Of a stretch of 64,000 nt of DNA, positions 36,648-46,251 are shown one piece after another. Source of the DNA: Patescibacteria group bacterium (GTDB taxonomy: Bacteria > Patescibacteriota > UBA1384 > 2-12-FULL-50-11). The stretch is taken from positions 487,006 through 551,005 of the forward strand of contig BOKZ01000001.1 in assembly GCA_016861245.1 (NCBI GenBank), read 5' to 3'. Position 1 is the stretch's first letter. Each line of letters begins with the position of its first letter. A program made the translations under genes and the position numbers. Under the pieces are notes generated by a model. That model saw nothing but the letters and a program-made list of their open reading frames with translations. It searched no databases and was not told where the DNA came from.

Positions 36648-36743
36648 ATTCTAACCTCCAAAATTAATTGTAACAGTATAGCCGTTCCGTTATTTGGGTT
36701 CAAGACGTTATGGTTGTATTATAGGCAATAATGAAAGGGGAAA

Positions 36744-37328
36744 ATGTTAGAAGCTAAAACGTTCGAATCAATTAGGCAACTAGACGGAATTAGTGAGAGA
36801 ACGATGACCGAACATTACAAGCTCTACGAAGGATACGTTAAGAAATTCAATGAAATTTCAGAGAAATTACTAACAGCTGATCTCGATGCGGCTAACCCGT
36901 CCTATAGTGAAGTAAGGAGTTTAAAAACAGAGTACTCATTTGCGCTAAACGGCGTTAAAAACCACGAGATCTATTTTGGTCATCTTGGAGGTGACGGTGC
37001 CGTACCGTCAGGCAGATTGTCCGAGCAGCTCACGAAAGATTTTGGCAGTTTTGAGAAGTGGCAGTTGGAAATGAAAGCAACTGCGATGGCAGCGCGCGGT
37101 TGGGCGTGGTTGGTTTGGGATAAAGACCTTCAAAAACTTGTAAATGTTGCCGGAGACACTCAGAGCACCTACTTGGTTTGGAACTGTCTACCGTTAGTGG
37201 CGCTCGATGTTTACGAACACGCCTACTTTATTGATCACGGGATTATGCGACGTGATTATATCGATGCTTTCTTCAAGAATCTTAATTGGTCAATAATCGA
37301 AAAAGCCTTTAATACGGCCATCAAATGA
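36744..37328 (+). CDS. sod: Fe/Mn superoxide dismutase
   Basis: HYKLYEGYV, NHEIYF, GWAWL, LDVYEHAY. Confidence 0.93.
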   Translation: MLEAKTFESIRQLDGISERTMTEHYKLYEGYVKKFNEISEKLLTADLDAANPSYSEVRSLKTEYSFALNGVKNHEIYFGHLGGDGAVPSGRLSEQLTKDFGSFEKWQLEMKATAMAARGWAWLVWDKDLQKLVNVAGDTQSTYLVWNCLPLVALDVYEHAYFIDHGIMRRDYIDAFFKNLNWSIIEKAFNTAIK

Positions 37329-37353
37329 TAAAGAATTTTCTGAGGCGAAGCCG

Positions 37354-38184
37354 ATGGTAATTGGCGCCCACGTTCCGACAGCTGGCGGCTTGAAAACCGC
37401 GCTCAAAGTCGGGACAGAAATAGAAGCAGAAGCGTTGCAAATATTTCCGTCAGCACCGCTGCAGTGGAAAATACGAGGCTGGTCGGACGATGACTGTGCT
37501 GGTTTTAAAGCCGAATGGCCAAAAAAATTCTCAGAAATAGTATTTCACGGTATTTATCTTACAAATTTAGCAGGCGCATCCGCTGAAAATGTAGAAAAAA
37601 CCAAAACCGCTCTTATAGATACGTTAACGCTAGCACCGAAAATCGGTGTTCGAGGCACGGTATTTCATCCCGGAACCTACAACGGCGGTATAGAGAAAAA
37701 TGCGACACAAATTAAAACGCTTATTAAAGAGATACTTAACGCAACACCCGATGACTCATTATTGGTGTACGAGAACTCTGCCGGCTCGACGATCGGCGCA
37801 ACATTAGAAGATTTAGCTTGGCTGATCGAAAACTCGAGCGACAAGAATCGAGTTGCAGTTTGTTTGGATACTTGCCACGCGTTTGCTGCTGGTTACGATA
37901 TCACAACCAAGGAAGGATACGACGAATATATTGAGAAAGTCGAATCACTTATCGGCTTAGACAAGGTATTTTGCTGGCATCTGAACGATTCGAAATTTGG
38001 TCTTGGAGAAAAGCGAGATCGTCATGAGAATATCGGGCAAGGCAAAATGGGTGCCGAGCCATTCCGAATATTGCTAAACGATCCGCGGTGGGCGAGCACC
38101 GCCGGATATCTCGAAGTACCGGGATTTTCCGACACCGGGCCCGATCTTAAGAACGTTACAATACTCAAAGAACTGCGCGCCTAG
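37354..38184 (+). CDS. nfo: Endonuclease IV
   Basis: GAHV, FHPG, ENSAG, CLDTCHAFAAG, HLNDSK, DRHENIG. Confidence 0.95.
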   Translation: MVIGAHVPTAGGLKTALKVGTEIEAEALQIFPSAPLQWKIRGWSDDDCAGFKAEWPKKFSEIVFHGIYLTNLAGASAENVEKTKTALIDTLTLAPKIGVRGTVFHPGTYNGGIEKNATQIKTLIKEILNATPDDSLLVYENSAGSTIGATLEDLAWLIENSSDKNRVAVCLDTCHAFAAGYDITTKEGYDEYIEKVESLIGLDKVFCWHLNDSKFGLGEKRDRHENIGQGKMGAEPFRILLNDPRWASTAGYLEVPGFSDTGPDLKNVTILKELRA

Positions 38185-38272
38185 CGTTAGTACTTGGCTG
38201 TCTTTATACGTACAAGACTATTTGTTACAGTGACGGCGTATCGCTTCGGCGATGCGCGCACATGAGGAACCT

Positions 38273-38632
38273 ATGGATGGAGAACGATTACGTTTCAATC
38301 AAGAAACGCTCAACGGTCTTGCCAACGCATTTCGTGGTGTTCGGTCCGATGTCGAAACGAGAGTTTTAATCGGCCTTGACCGCGTAATCATGACTCCGCA
38401 ATCAAACCTAGATCAGTCCGAGCTCGTCGCAGCGATTAGGGCTTCAGAGGAATACATAGTGATTCGTCGCGAAGGATTCCCGGTCATCGGCGTCGAAGTC
38501 GAGGTAGGTGGGCAAAAGCTACAGATCTTCCCAAACAGTGAACGGGGCAACACCAACTTGGTGAACTTCATCACGATTCAAAAGGCAGATAAGGAGTTTG
38601 CTGGTCAACTAATGGAATGGGCTGCGTCTTAG
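38273..38632 (+). CDS. Hypothetical orphan protein
   Basis: ORF with GAGG SD and downstream hairpin-T terminator. Confidence 0.6.
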   Translation: MDGERLRFNQETLNGLANAFRGVRSDVETRVLIGLDRVIMTPQSNLDQSELVAAIRASEEYIVIRREGFPVIGVEVEVGGQKLQIFPNSERGNTNLVNFITIQKADKEFAGQLMEWAAS

Positions 38633-38701
38633 TTCTCTGCCGTTGTGCCCATGTGGCACAATTTTTTTGTTTTGTTACTATAAAATTCAAAGGAGTTAAA
38701 A

Positions 38702-39121
38702 ATGGTTGATGCTTCAAATATCGCAATTAATTGGTGGGCAATACTTGCTTGCGGAGTTGCGTCGATGGTGATTGGTTTTATTTGGTACATGCCGAAAGTA
38801 ATGGGAAATATGTGGATGACAGCGATTCAAAAAACGCCGGAGGATATAGCTAAAGGCTGGCAGCCGTCGATGTTTCTGAAAACGTTTGCGCTGGCGTTGC
38901 TCACAGCTTATATTCTTTCGCATTTTACTCAGCTCGTGCGCGCAGACACGTTTGCAAATTATCTTACTACGGCGTTCTTTATTTGGCTGGGGTTCGTCTT
39001 TACAGTTATGGCGATGAATATTATGTACGAAGGTAAATCTTCGAAACTCCTAATCGTAAACGGTTTATACCAGCTCATCACTCTCCAAGTGATGGCCGCC
39101 ATTCTCTATTACTGGCAGTAA
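38702..39121 (+). CDS. DUF1761 family membrane protein
   Basis: INWWAIL...IGFIWY.P...G..W, FIWLGF; 4 TM. Confidence 0.85.
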   Translation: MVDASNIAINWWAILACGVASMVIGFIWYMPKVMGNMWMTAIQKTPEDIAKGWQPSMFLKTFALALLTAYILSHFTQLVRADTFANYLTTAFFIWLGFVFTVMAMNIMYEGKSSKLLIVNGLYQLITLQVMAAILYYWQ

Positions 39122-39164
39122 ATAAAAAAACCGCCTCGGCTGAGAGCCGGGCGGTTGGGCGTTC

Positions 39165-39635
39165 TCAGGTTCTTTGGAACCCGATAATCCGTGACGCCTT
39201 TTGTATGCATCCTGCTGTAATCCTCCATATCCAACCTGATCCAAATGGGATTTCGGGATCAACGAGCGTTCGTATCCATGCCGGTGGCTGACTTTTTGGC
39301 TCAGCCGTCATCTCTTTACCGTTCCAGCAATAGACGACGGTGTAACTTTTGTTCCCGGTTGCGACCGTAACCATTGTCGGTGCTTCCGATGACCAAAAGT
39401 TTAGCCTGATTGTCAGTCGATTCCCCAGACCGGTAACGAGGGTGAAGCTCAAGTCTCCAGTACGCTGGTCGCTTATAACTACGATTCCTCGCTCCCTGGC
39501 AGCTCGTTGTAGTTCCCACAAGCACTTGTCGGCGATGGGAGGGCTACTGTCTGACACGGTAGTGATGTTAAAGGCGCTGGCGATGAACCTTGCGGCCGCT
39601 ACCAACGCATCGTTGTTGTGAAGCCGGTAGGCCAT
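39165..39635 (-). CDS. Hypothetical orphan protein
   Basis: ORF with GAGGTG SD, TATACT -10 and downstream terminator. Confidence 0.6.
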   Translation of the reverse strand: MAYRLHNNDALVAAARFIASAFNITTVSDSSPPIADKCLWELQRAARERGIVVISDQRTGDLSFTLVTGLGNRLTIRLNFWSSEAPTMVTVATGNKSYTVVYCWNGKEMTAEPKSQPPAWIRTLVDPEIPFGSGWIWRITAGCIQKASRIIGFQRT

Positions 39636-39767
39636 AATTTTCACCTCGCGTGATGCGATTGGCATATAGTATAGCAACCGTCCACAGTTAAATCAATTTA
39701 CTTATCACAAATTTTCCGTTAACTTTTAACAAAGAATTGTGTTCGCATACTCTAAAAAGGAGGAGAA

Positions 39768-40211
39768 GTGCAAAGAGCGTTACTATTGGTACTACTTATT
39801 GCTATTTTAGCGGTTGGTGGGTACTTCCTGCTTAAATCGCAGTCACAGGAGCCGGCTGAGACGACAAATACAAACGAGCTGTCAGATGTCGAACCGAAGA
39901 ACACCGACGAGAAAACCCCGTTAACTACCGAAGAATCTACTGAAGTTACCGTACTGTACGGTTCAAACGGTTACTCACCGGCGACTGTAGCTATTAAACA
40001 AGGGCAAAAGGTTACTTTTAAAAACGAGAGCGGTAAACAAATGTGGGTCGCGTCCGATGATCACCCAAGTCATTTAATCTACCCAGAATTTGACGCCAAA
40101 ACTGGAATTGCGACGGGATCGTCGTACGAATTCGTTTTCGACAAGGTCGGGACGTGGCGGTACCATGACCACCTAATGCCGAGCAGAACCGGTATCGTTA
40201 TCGTCGAATAG
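39768..40211 (+). CDS. Membrane-anchored cupredoxin/plastocyanin-like protein
   Basis: N-terminal TM; SPATVAIKQG..VTF.N, SDDHPSH, GTWRYHDH..P...G.VIVE. Confidence 0.85.
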   Translation: MQRALLLVLLIAILAVGGYFLLKSQSQEPAETTNTNELSDVEPKNTDEKTPLTTEESTEVTVLYGSNGYSPATVAIKQGQKVTFKNESGKQMWVASDDHPSHLIYPEFDAKTGIATGSSYEFVFDKVGTWRYHDHLMPSRTGIVIVE

Positions 40212-41843
40212 CTATTCGCTGTGCTTTAGCGATTTTTTCCGCTGCCTCGCGCGCTGGAAACTAAGACCGTACCGATGCACTTCATCGCGAATGCGAGCTA
40301 ACAACAGCACCCCTTTATTAAGTCGTTTCGCTGATACCGAAGTTTTACGGTCTGGTATAAATATTCGGTCCGGTTTTTTTGCAAGTGAAATAATTCGAAC
40401 AGAATCATGCTGTGATTGGTTTAAAGCAGCGACGGCAAATTTCAACTGTTCAGGACCGCCATCAATTACTAATAAATCCGGTAACGGTCGACTAGTGTCG
40501 CTGAGCCGACGTGAAACTACTTCGCGAATCATCGCAAAATCGTTCTGGCCTTGAACGGTTTTAATAATATAACGTCGGTATTCGTTTTTTTCTGGCTGAC
40601 CATAAAGGAAACAAACGGCAGCACCAACTGGTTCGCTTGCTCCGAGGTTTGAGATGTCGATAGCCTCAATCCGTTCCGGTATCTCCGGTAAGCCTAGTAA
40701 TTCTTTCAAAGCAACTAACCCTTCGAAAGCCTTATCCTGGTTTACGAGGCGTTGCTGAAGCTTTGATTCGGCGTTTCTAGTAGATAACTGTACTATTTGC
40801 AATTTCTCACCGCGCTCTGCCGTTCGAAGCTCCACTCGACGCCCGCTCTGCTGGGAAAGCAATAGCTCGATCAATTGCTGATCTTCTAGCTCTTCAGAAA
40901 TTGCAACAAGTTGCGGGATAGTATGGAGCGTCGGATACATCATAGTTAGAAAGTCGCGCAGGATTTTTCTATCAGATTCCCCTGAAGAATTCTCAACGAA
41001 AAAGTGTTGCTGCCCACTAACACGACCGTCTCGGATATGAGTTACACAAATAACAGCTGCAGTACTCGAGCTAAAGACTCCAAGGGCATCGTAGTCTTCG
41101 TTGTGCGTCGAGATCACCGACTGTGGCGTCGTGATCTGTTGGCTGGCATGGAGTCGATCACGAAGTTTTGCCGCTCGCTCAAACTGTTTTGTTTCAGCAG
41201 CACGTTCCATTTCCAGTTGTAAATCGTGAAGGATATTTTTACGCTTACCTCTAAGAAATAATGTCGCCTTATCTACTTTCTCCTCGTACGCTTCTTGGCT
41301 AATTTCGCCAGCGCACGGACAGGGGTGCCCAGTTAGTTGGCAGTGAAAGCATGCTCTAGTTTTATTCACCTGTAATGGTTTGTCGCTGATATGAATACCA
41401 TAGAGATCTCGCAAAAACTCAAGTGTGAATTGTGCTGATCGTGCCGATAAATACGGTCCGAAGTAGTGTTCGTCGGTTTTGCTGGTACGACGGCGAACGA
41501 TTGAGAAGCGGGGAATTAACTCGCCGCGACTTAGTTTAACAAAGGGGTAAGTTTTGTCGTCTGTGAGTTTAATATTAAACTTTGGCAAATACTGTTTGAT
41601 TAATGTCGATTCGAGCATTAATGCTTCAAGCTCGTTTGTAACAATAGTAGTTTCGATTCGCTTGATTAAACCAATCATGACTGCGATCCACGGTCTATCA
41701 GAGTGAGTAGTTGAAAAATAGCTCCGAACCCGGTTTCGCAAATTGATCGCTTTACCGACGTAGAGCACCGAATCGGTCTCGTCGTAAAATATGTAAATCC
41801 CAGGTTTTGCTGGAATTTCTTTAAGCTGATCGCTGATTTTCAT
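40212..41843 (-). CDS. uvrC: Excinuclease ABC subunit C
   Basis: GIY...YVGKAINLRNRVRSYF, FERAAKLRD, IEAIDIS, IDGG, RDEVHR. Confidence 0.95.
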   Translation of the reverse strand: MKISDQLKEIPAKPGIYIFYDETDSVLYVGKAINLRNRVRSYFSTTHSDRPWIAVMIGLIKRIETTIVTNELEALMLESTLIKQYLPKFNIKLTDDKTYPFVKLSRGELIPRFSIVRRRTSKTDEHYFGPYLSARSAQFTLEFLRDLYGIHISDKPLQVNKTRACFHCQLTGHPCPCAGEISQEAYEEKVDKATLFLRGKRKNILHDLQLEMERAAETKQFERAAKLRDRLHASQQITTPQSVISTHNEDYDALGVFSSSTAAVICVTHIRDGRVSGQQHFFVENSSGESDRKILRDFLTMMYPTLHTIPQLVAISEELEDQQLIELLLSQQSGRRVELRTAERGEKLQIVQLSTRNAESKLQQRLVNQDKAFEGLVALKELLGLPEIPERIEAIDISNLGASEPVGAAVCFLYGQPEKNEYRRYIIKTVQGQNDFAMIREVVSRRLSDTSRPLPDLLVIDGGPEQLKFAVAALNQSQHDSVRIISLAKKPDRIFIPDRKTSVSAKRLNKGVLLLARIRDEVHRYGLSFQRARQRKKSLKHSE

Positions 41844-41879
41844 CCAGAGTAGTATACCTGAAAATAAGGTGATAGTCCG

Positions 41880-41908
41880 TTGACATTGGCCCATTTAAAC
41901 CATATAAT
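41880..41908 (+). promoter_or_regulatory. Perfect sigma70 promoter TTGACA-17-TATAAT
   Basis: Consensus hexamers upstream of the GGDEF gene. Confidence 0.75.
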
Positions 41909-41938
41909 CGATGGACCGTGTCACACGGAGGTGTACCT

Positions 41939-42688
41939 ATGAGTATTGAGAAAATCCTAACCGGGATGAACATCCCAGGCACGATCGTCCACATCAACGG
42001 GACGGTCAATGTTTACCACTTTTCCAGTGCGCTGCGGCGCATACGGGGAATCGAGGATGGCGCGTCGTATGAAGAGCTGGCGCACGAGGTCCTGGCAATC
42101 CAAGACGACCCGTCGTATGCTCGGATCGAACTCGGTGATCGCCGATTCCTGTTTGTCCCCAGAGAACTCTCGGATGTTATGGCGGTCTACACTGCTAGCA
42201 TCAGAGATGAGCTGACAAACACGTTCAACCCGAGAGGATTGGTGGTCGCGTATTCGCAGCTCCGGTCGAGATCTAGCTCCGAAGGCGTGCTGATCGTGCT
42301 CTACCTCGATGCTAACAGATTCAAAGTCGTCAACGACGATTTTGGTCACGATGTCGGTGATCGAGTGCTGAAAGCGATGTGCAACCGCCTTCGTGGTCAA
42401 CTCAAGCAAGACGACGTTGTTGCTAGGATCGGGGGCGACGAGTTTGTCGCGCTGGTCTGGCTTCCGAACGAAGAGCTAAAAAGCTACTTCATGGACACTC
42501 GGCTGCCGCTAATCCAAGAGATCGTGTGCGGGGAGCCGTACGCGATTAAGGATGGCAAGAAGATGTTGCCGACAGGTTTTGCGCTCGGTGTGCATATCCA
42601 CTCGGGGGAGCTGCCGGAAACCTACACTGAGTTGCTGCGCCAAGCCGAGCTCGGCATGTACGCCGACAAGGGAGTGGCGGCGCGTTAA
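41939..42688 (+). CDS. GGDEF-domain diguanylate cyclase
   Basis: DELT..FN.R, DANRFKVVNDDFGHDVGD, ARIGGDEF, MYADK. Confidence 0.88.
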   Translation: MSIEKILTGMNIPGTIVHINGTVNVYHFSSALRRIRGIEDGASYEELAHEVLAIQDDPSYARIELGDRRFLFVPRELSDVMAVYTASIRDELTNTFNPRGLVVAYSQLRSRSSSEGVLIVLYLDANRFKVVNDDFGHDVGDRVLKAMCNRLRGQLKQDDVVARIGGDEFVALVWLPNEELKSYFMDTRLPLIQEIVCGEPYAIKDGKKMLPTGFALGVHIHSGELPETYTELLRQAELGMYADKGVAAR

Positions 42689-42724
42689 CCAATTCCGATT
42701 CCGCGGGGCGAATGCCCCGCATTT

Positions 42725-45562
42725 TTATAGTATTTTTCCTAATACCTTGCCGGTTAACGACTTAGGCTCACGAGCAATTTGTTCTGGAGTGCCCTTGGCG
42801 ACAATTTCACCGCCGTTGACGCCGCCACCTGGACCGAGATCGATAATCCAGTCGACAGATTTAATTACGTCTAAATTATGTTCAATCACCACAATAGTAT
42901 TACCGCGATCTACTAGTTTTTGCAGTACTGCCAGTAATTTTTCAATGTCCGCAAAATGCAATCCAGTGGTTGGTTCGTCGAGGATATAAAGGGTTCTCCC
43001 AGTGTCACGACGAGATAGCTCGGCAGCAAGCTTAATACGCTGTGCTTCGCCGCCAGAAAGTGTCGGGGCGCTTTGACCAAGCCGAACGTATCCCAACCCA
43101 ACTTGCTGCATCGTCACGAGCTTATCTACAAGATTTGGAACCGGCTCAAAAAATTCGATCGCTTCATCGACAGTCATATTTAGAACTTGGTTAATGTTTT
43201 TTCCCTTCCAAAGTACTTCGAGCGTTTCACGGTTATAGCGCGCGCCCTTACATACGTCACAAGTAACGTAGACGTCTGGTAAGAAATTCATCTCAATCTT
43301 AATTTGTCCGTCACCCTGACAATTCTCGCAGCGACCGCCGACGACGTTGAAACTAAAGCGCCCAGGTTTGTAGCCTCGACTTCGAGCCGCTGGAGTAGCG
43401 GCGAAAAGCTGACGGATTAAATCGAAAGACTTAGTGTAAGTAACTGGGTTTGAGCGCGGTGTTCGACCGATCGGGGATTGGTCTATCTCGATAATCTTAT
43501 CAATTTGGTCGGTGCCGGTAATACCGGTATGTTTGCCGGGAACGCTGCTCCGAACTCCAAGCGAGCGCGAGACACCTTTACTTAGAATCTCGGTAATAAG
43601 AGTTGATTTACCAGAACCTGAAACACCGGTCACGGCAGTAAATCGTCCAAGTGGAAAGCTAACAGAAACATTCTTTAAATTATTTTCGCTCGCGCCGTGA
43701 ACAATAATATACGGATGTCTTTTTTCTATTGGGCGCCGTTCTGGAATTGCGATCGCCTTTTTACCGTTAATATACGGAGCAGTAATAGAATTCGGATTGT
43801 TTAGTACTTCTTCTAAGGTTCCGGCGGCTACAATTTGTCCGCCGTGTTCGCCGGCGCCGGGCCCGATATCAACCACGTAATCGGCGGCTTTTATAGTTTC
43901 TTCGTCGTGTTCGACAACTACGACCGTATTACCTAAATCTCGCAGTTTTTTTAATGTCTCGATTAATCGGTCGTTATCGGTTGGATGAAGACCGATCGTT
44001 GGCTCGTCCAATACATATAAAATCCCTACTAACGCTGAACCGATCTGCGACGCAAGGCGAATTCGCTGACCCTCGCCGCCAGCCAATGTCGTTGCTGAAC
44101 GATCGAGCGTTAAATAAGTAAGCCCGACCTTACTTAAGAATTCGAGTCGATTGGTTATTTCATAAACCACTTTTTCTGCGATCGCTAGCTCGCGGCCGGT
44201 TAGTTTTAAGTTCTTAAAAAATTGGTACGCATTATCGATTGAGAGCTGCGAGACTTCGGCGATATTTTTTTCGTTCACTTTTACGATTAGCGCTTCTTCT
44301 TTGAGGCGAGCACCTTTACAAGTTTGACACTCGTTGGTGAGCATATACTTTTCTATCTCATCTCGTACCGAATCGGATTCGGTTTCGCGGTACCTTCCTT
44401 CAAGGTGGGGGACTAGTCCTTTGTACCAAACGTTGAAATACTGTGCTGTTCCACCACTGAAATAGCGAAGTTTCATTTGGAACGGCGCGCCAGTGCCGTA
44501 GAGTAATTTTTTTATTTTCGACTCGTCCTGGCCTTCGAGTGGAGCATCAAAATCAAGTCCGAAATGCTCGCAGGCGTTACGAAGGAGTACGCCGTAATAG
44601 TTTGTTGCTGAATACGTCCACGGCATAATCGCTCCCTCGGAAACTGAAAGTTTTTTATTTGGAATAATAAGTTCTTCGGTGATTTCTTTTTTAAATCCGA
44701 GTCCGTGACAGTCTTCGCACGCACCGTACGGGCTGTTAAACGAGAACGATCGCGGGGAGATCTCGCCTAGACTAAAGCCGTCGTACGGACAAGATAGCTC
44801 TTCAGAAAGCAGGATCTCGTCTTTTGGTTGGCCGTCTTCCCCAAGCACCGAAACAGCCACTAATCCTTTACTTAATTTCATTGCTGTTTCCATGGCATCG
44901 GTTAGACGCGACGGCGAAGACTGACCAATAATTAAGCGATCAACTAAAACCTCGATAGTATGAGCTTTGTATCGATCGAGCTCGATTCGGTCAGATAAGC
45001 TATAAGTTACGCCATTTACTCTTGCAGAACCGAATCCGCCTTTAAATAAATCGTAAAGTAATTGATGGTACTCACCCTTACGACCACGAACCACTGGTGC
45101 GTAGATAATAATTCGAGTACCTTCCGGCAAACCAGTGATCAAGTCGACCATCTGATCGACGCTTTGTCTTGTTATTTTACGGCCGCACTTTGGGCAGTAC
45201 GGTACGCCGATTCTGGCATAAAGAAGTCGTAAGTAATCGTAAATTTCGGTGACAGTACCAACTGTCGAGCGCGGGTTGTGGGAAACGGTTTTTTGATCGA
45301 TCGAGATGGCAGGGGAGAGCCCTTCAATGTAATCGACGTCAGGTTTTTCCATTTGCCCTAAAAATTGCCGGGCGTAACTGGATAACGACTCCATATAACG
45401 ACGCTGACCTTCGGCGTAAATTGTATCGAAAGCAAGCGAAGATTTGCCCGATCCGGATAGGCCAGTTAATACAATTAACTGATTGCGTGGTAATTCAACG
45501 TCAATGTTTTTGAGATTGTGTTCGCGAGCTCCCTTGATAAAGATGACATCTTTCTGAGACAT
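42725..45562 (-). CDS. uvrA: Excinuclease ABC subunit A (copy 2)
   Basis: [17 protein letters not shown], zinc fingers, [12 protein letters not shown]. Confidence 0.97.
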   Translation of the reverse strand: MSQKDVIFIKGAREHNLKNIDVELPRNQLIVLTGLSGSGKSSLAFDTIYAEGQRRYMESLSSYARQFLGQMEKPDVDYIEGLSPAISIDQKTVSHNPRSTVGTVTEIYDYLRLLYARIGVPYCPKCGRKITRQSVDQMVDLITGLPEGTRIIIYAPVVRGRKGEYHQLLYDLFKGGFGSARVNGVTYSLSDRIELDRYKAHTIEVLVDRLIIGQSSPSRLTDAMETAMKLSKGLVAVSVLGEDGQPKDEILLSEELSCPYDGFSLGEISPRSFSFNSPYGACEDCHGLGFKKEITEELIIPNKKLSVSEGAIMPWTYSATNYYGVLLRNACEHFGLDFDAPLEGQDESKIKKLLYGTGAPFQMKLRYFSGGTAQYFNVWYKGLVPHLEGRYRETESDSVRDEIEKYMLTNECQTCKGARLKEEALIVKVNEKNIAEVSQLSIDNAYQFFKNLKLTGRELAIAEKVVYEITNRLEFLSKVGLTYLTLDRSATTLAGGEGQRIRLASQIGSALVGILYVLDEPTIGLHPTDNDRLIETLKKLRDLGNTVVVVEHDEETIKAADYVVDIGPGAGEHGGQIVAAGTLEEVLNNPNSITAPYINGKKAIAIPERRPIEKRHPYIIVHGASENNLKNVSVSFPLGRFTAVTGVSGSGKSTLITEILSKGVSRSLGVRSSVPGKHTGITGTDQIDKIIEIDQSPIGRTPRSNPVTYTKSFDLIRQLFAATPAARSRGYKPGRFSFNVVGGRCENCQGDGQIKIEMNFLPDVYVTCDVCKGARYNRETLEVLWKGKNINQVLNMTVDEAIEFFEPVPNLVDKLVTMQQVGLGYVRLGQSAPTLSGGEAQRIKLAAELSRRDTGRTLYILDEPTTGLHFADIEKLLAVLQKLVDRGNTIVVIEHNLDVIKSVDWIIDLGPGGGVNGGEIVAKGTPEQIAREPKSLTGKVLGKIL

Positions 45563-45605
45563 CTCGTTATTGTACCAAACAAATACCGAATGATTATTAT
45601 CAATA

Positions 45606-45635
45606 ACAAAATAGGGCCTTCCGACCCTATTTTGT
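45606..45635 (-). terminator. Intrinsic terminator
   Basis: acaaaataggg-ccttccga-ccctattttgt inverted repeat. Confidence 0.7.
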
Positions 45636-45648
45636 GCAAAGAACAGTT

Positions 45649-45858
45649 TTACTGATTTTGTTCTTTAGTCTGCCAAGTACCAGGTGTGTCTGGGTAGCCT
45701 TTATCGCGTCGCTTCTTATCTTCTTCCCATTGACGCATCAACTCTTGATTGTGCGTTGGGCTTTCGGGCGTAACTCCTGAAGCCTCCAATTTTTCTTCGG
45801 CTTCTTGGAACTTTTCTTCAGATACCTCTTCAGGCATTGGTTGCATTGTCTCTCCCAT
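45649..45858 (-). CDS. Small acidic hypothetical protein
   Basis: 69 aa, AAGGAGG SD, downstream terminator. Confidence 0.65.
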   Translation of the reverse strand: MGETMQPMPEEVSEEKFQEAEEKLEASGVTPESPTHNQELMRQWEEDKKRRDKGYPDTPGTWQTKEQNQ

Positions 45859-45931
45859 GTCTTCCTCCTTTTCTACAATTAGAAAACGCTATATCAATAC
45901 TATTGTCAATAAAAAAAGCCCATCCCTGGGC

Positions 45932-46222
45932 TTAGTTGGCTTTACCGCGGTGTCCGTACACGGTAGTTGCGAGCACTTGGTAGGCCGTTGCGGCCTCAAG
46001 CGAGAGATCAGCTTTGAGTGAAGCCATGACTGGTTGGAGCTGCTCGAGGCAGCCAATCACGTCGGCTTCGGAGATCGCGGTCTGTCCCATCAGCTCAATC
46101 TGACAAGATTCGACACACTCGCGAGCCCCTTTCGTTAGTGGCATGGTAGCGAGAATTGCAAGCTGCTGGTTAGCAGTCTGTAGCCTTGCCGCCAGCCAGT
46201 TCGGACCATTGGTAAGTTGCAT
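45932..46222 (-). CDS. Hypothetical helical protein
   Basis: GGAGG SD, terminator aagccc..gggctttttt. Confidence 0.6.
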   Translation of the reverse strand: MQLTNGPNWLAARLQTANQQLAILATMPLTKGARECVESCQIELMGQTAISEADVIGCLEQLQPVMASLKADLSLEAATAYQVLATTVYGHRGKAN

Positions 46223-46251
46223 TGTTGCCTCCAAAAAGGAACGGCTATATT

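Noticed and set aside
36060-36740. IscB/TnpB OMEGA system
   Set aside because: No PLMP, bridge helix, HNH or zinc finger, and only about 95 bp upstream, which is too little for an omegaRNA.
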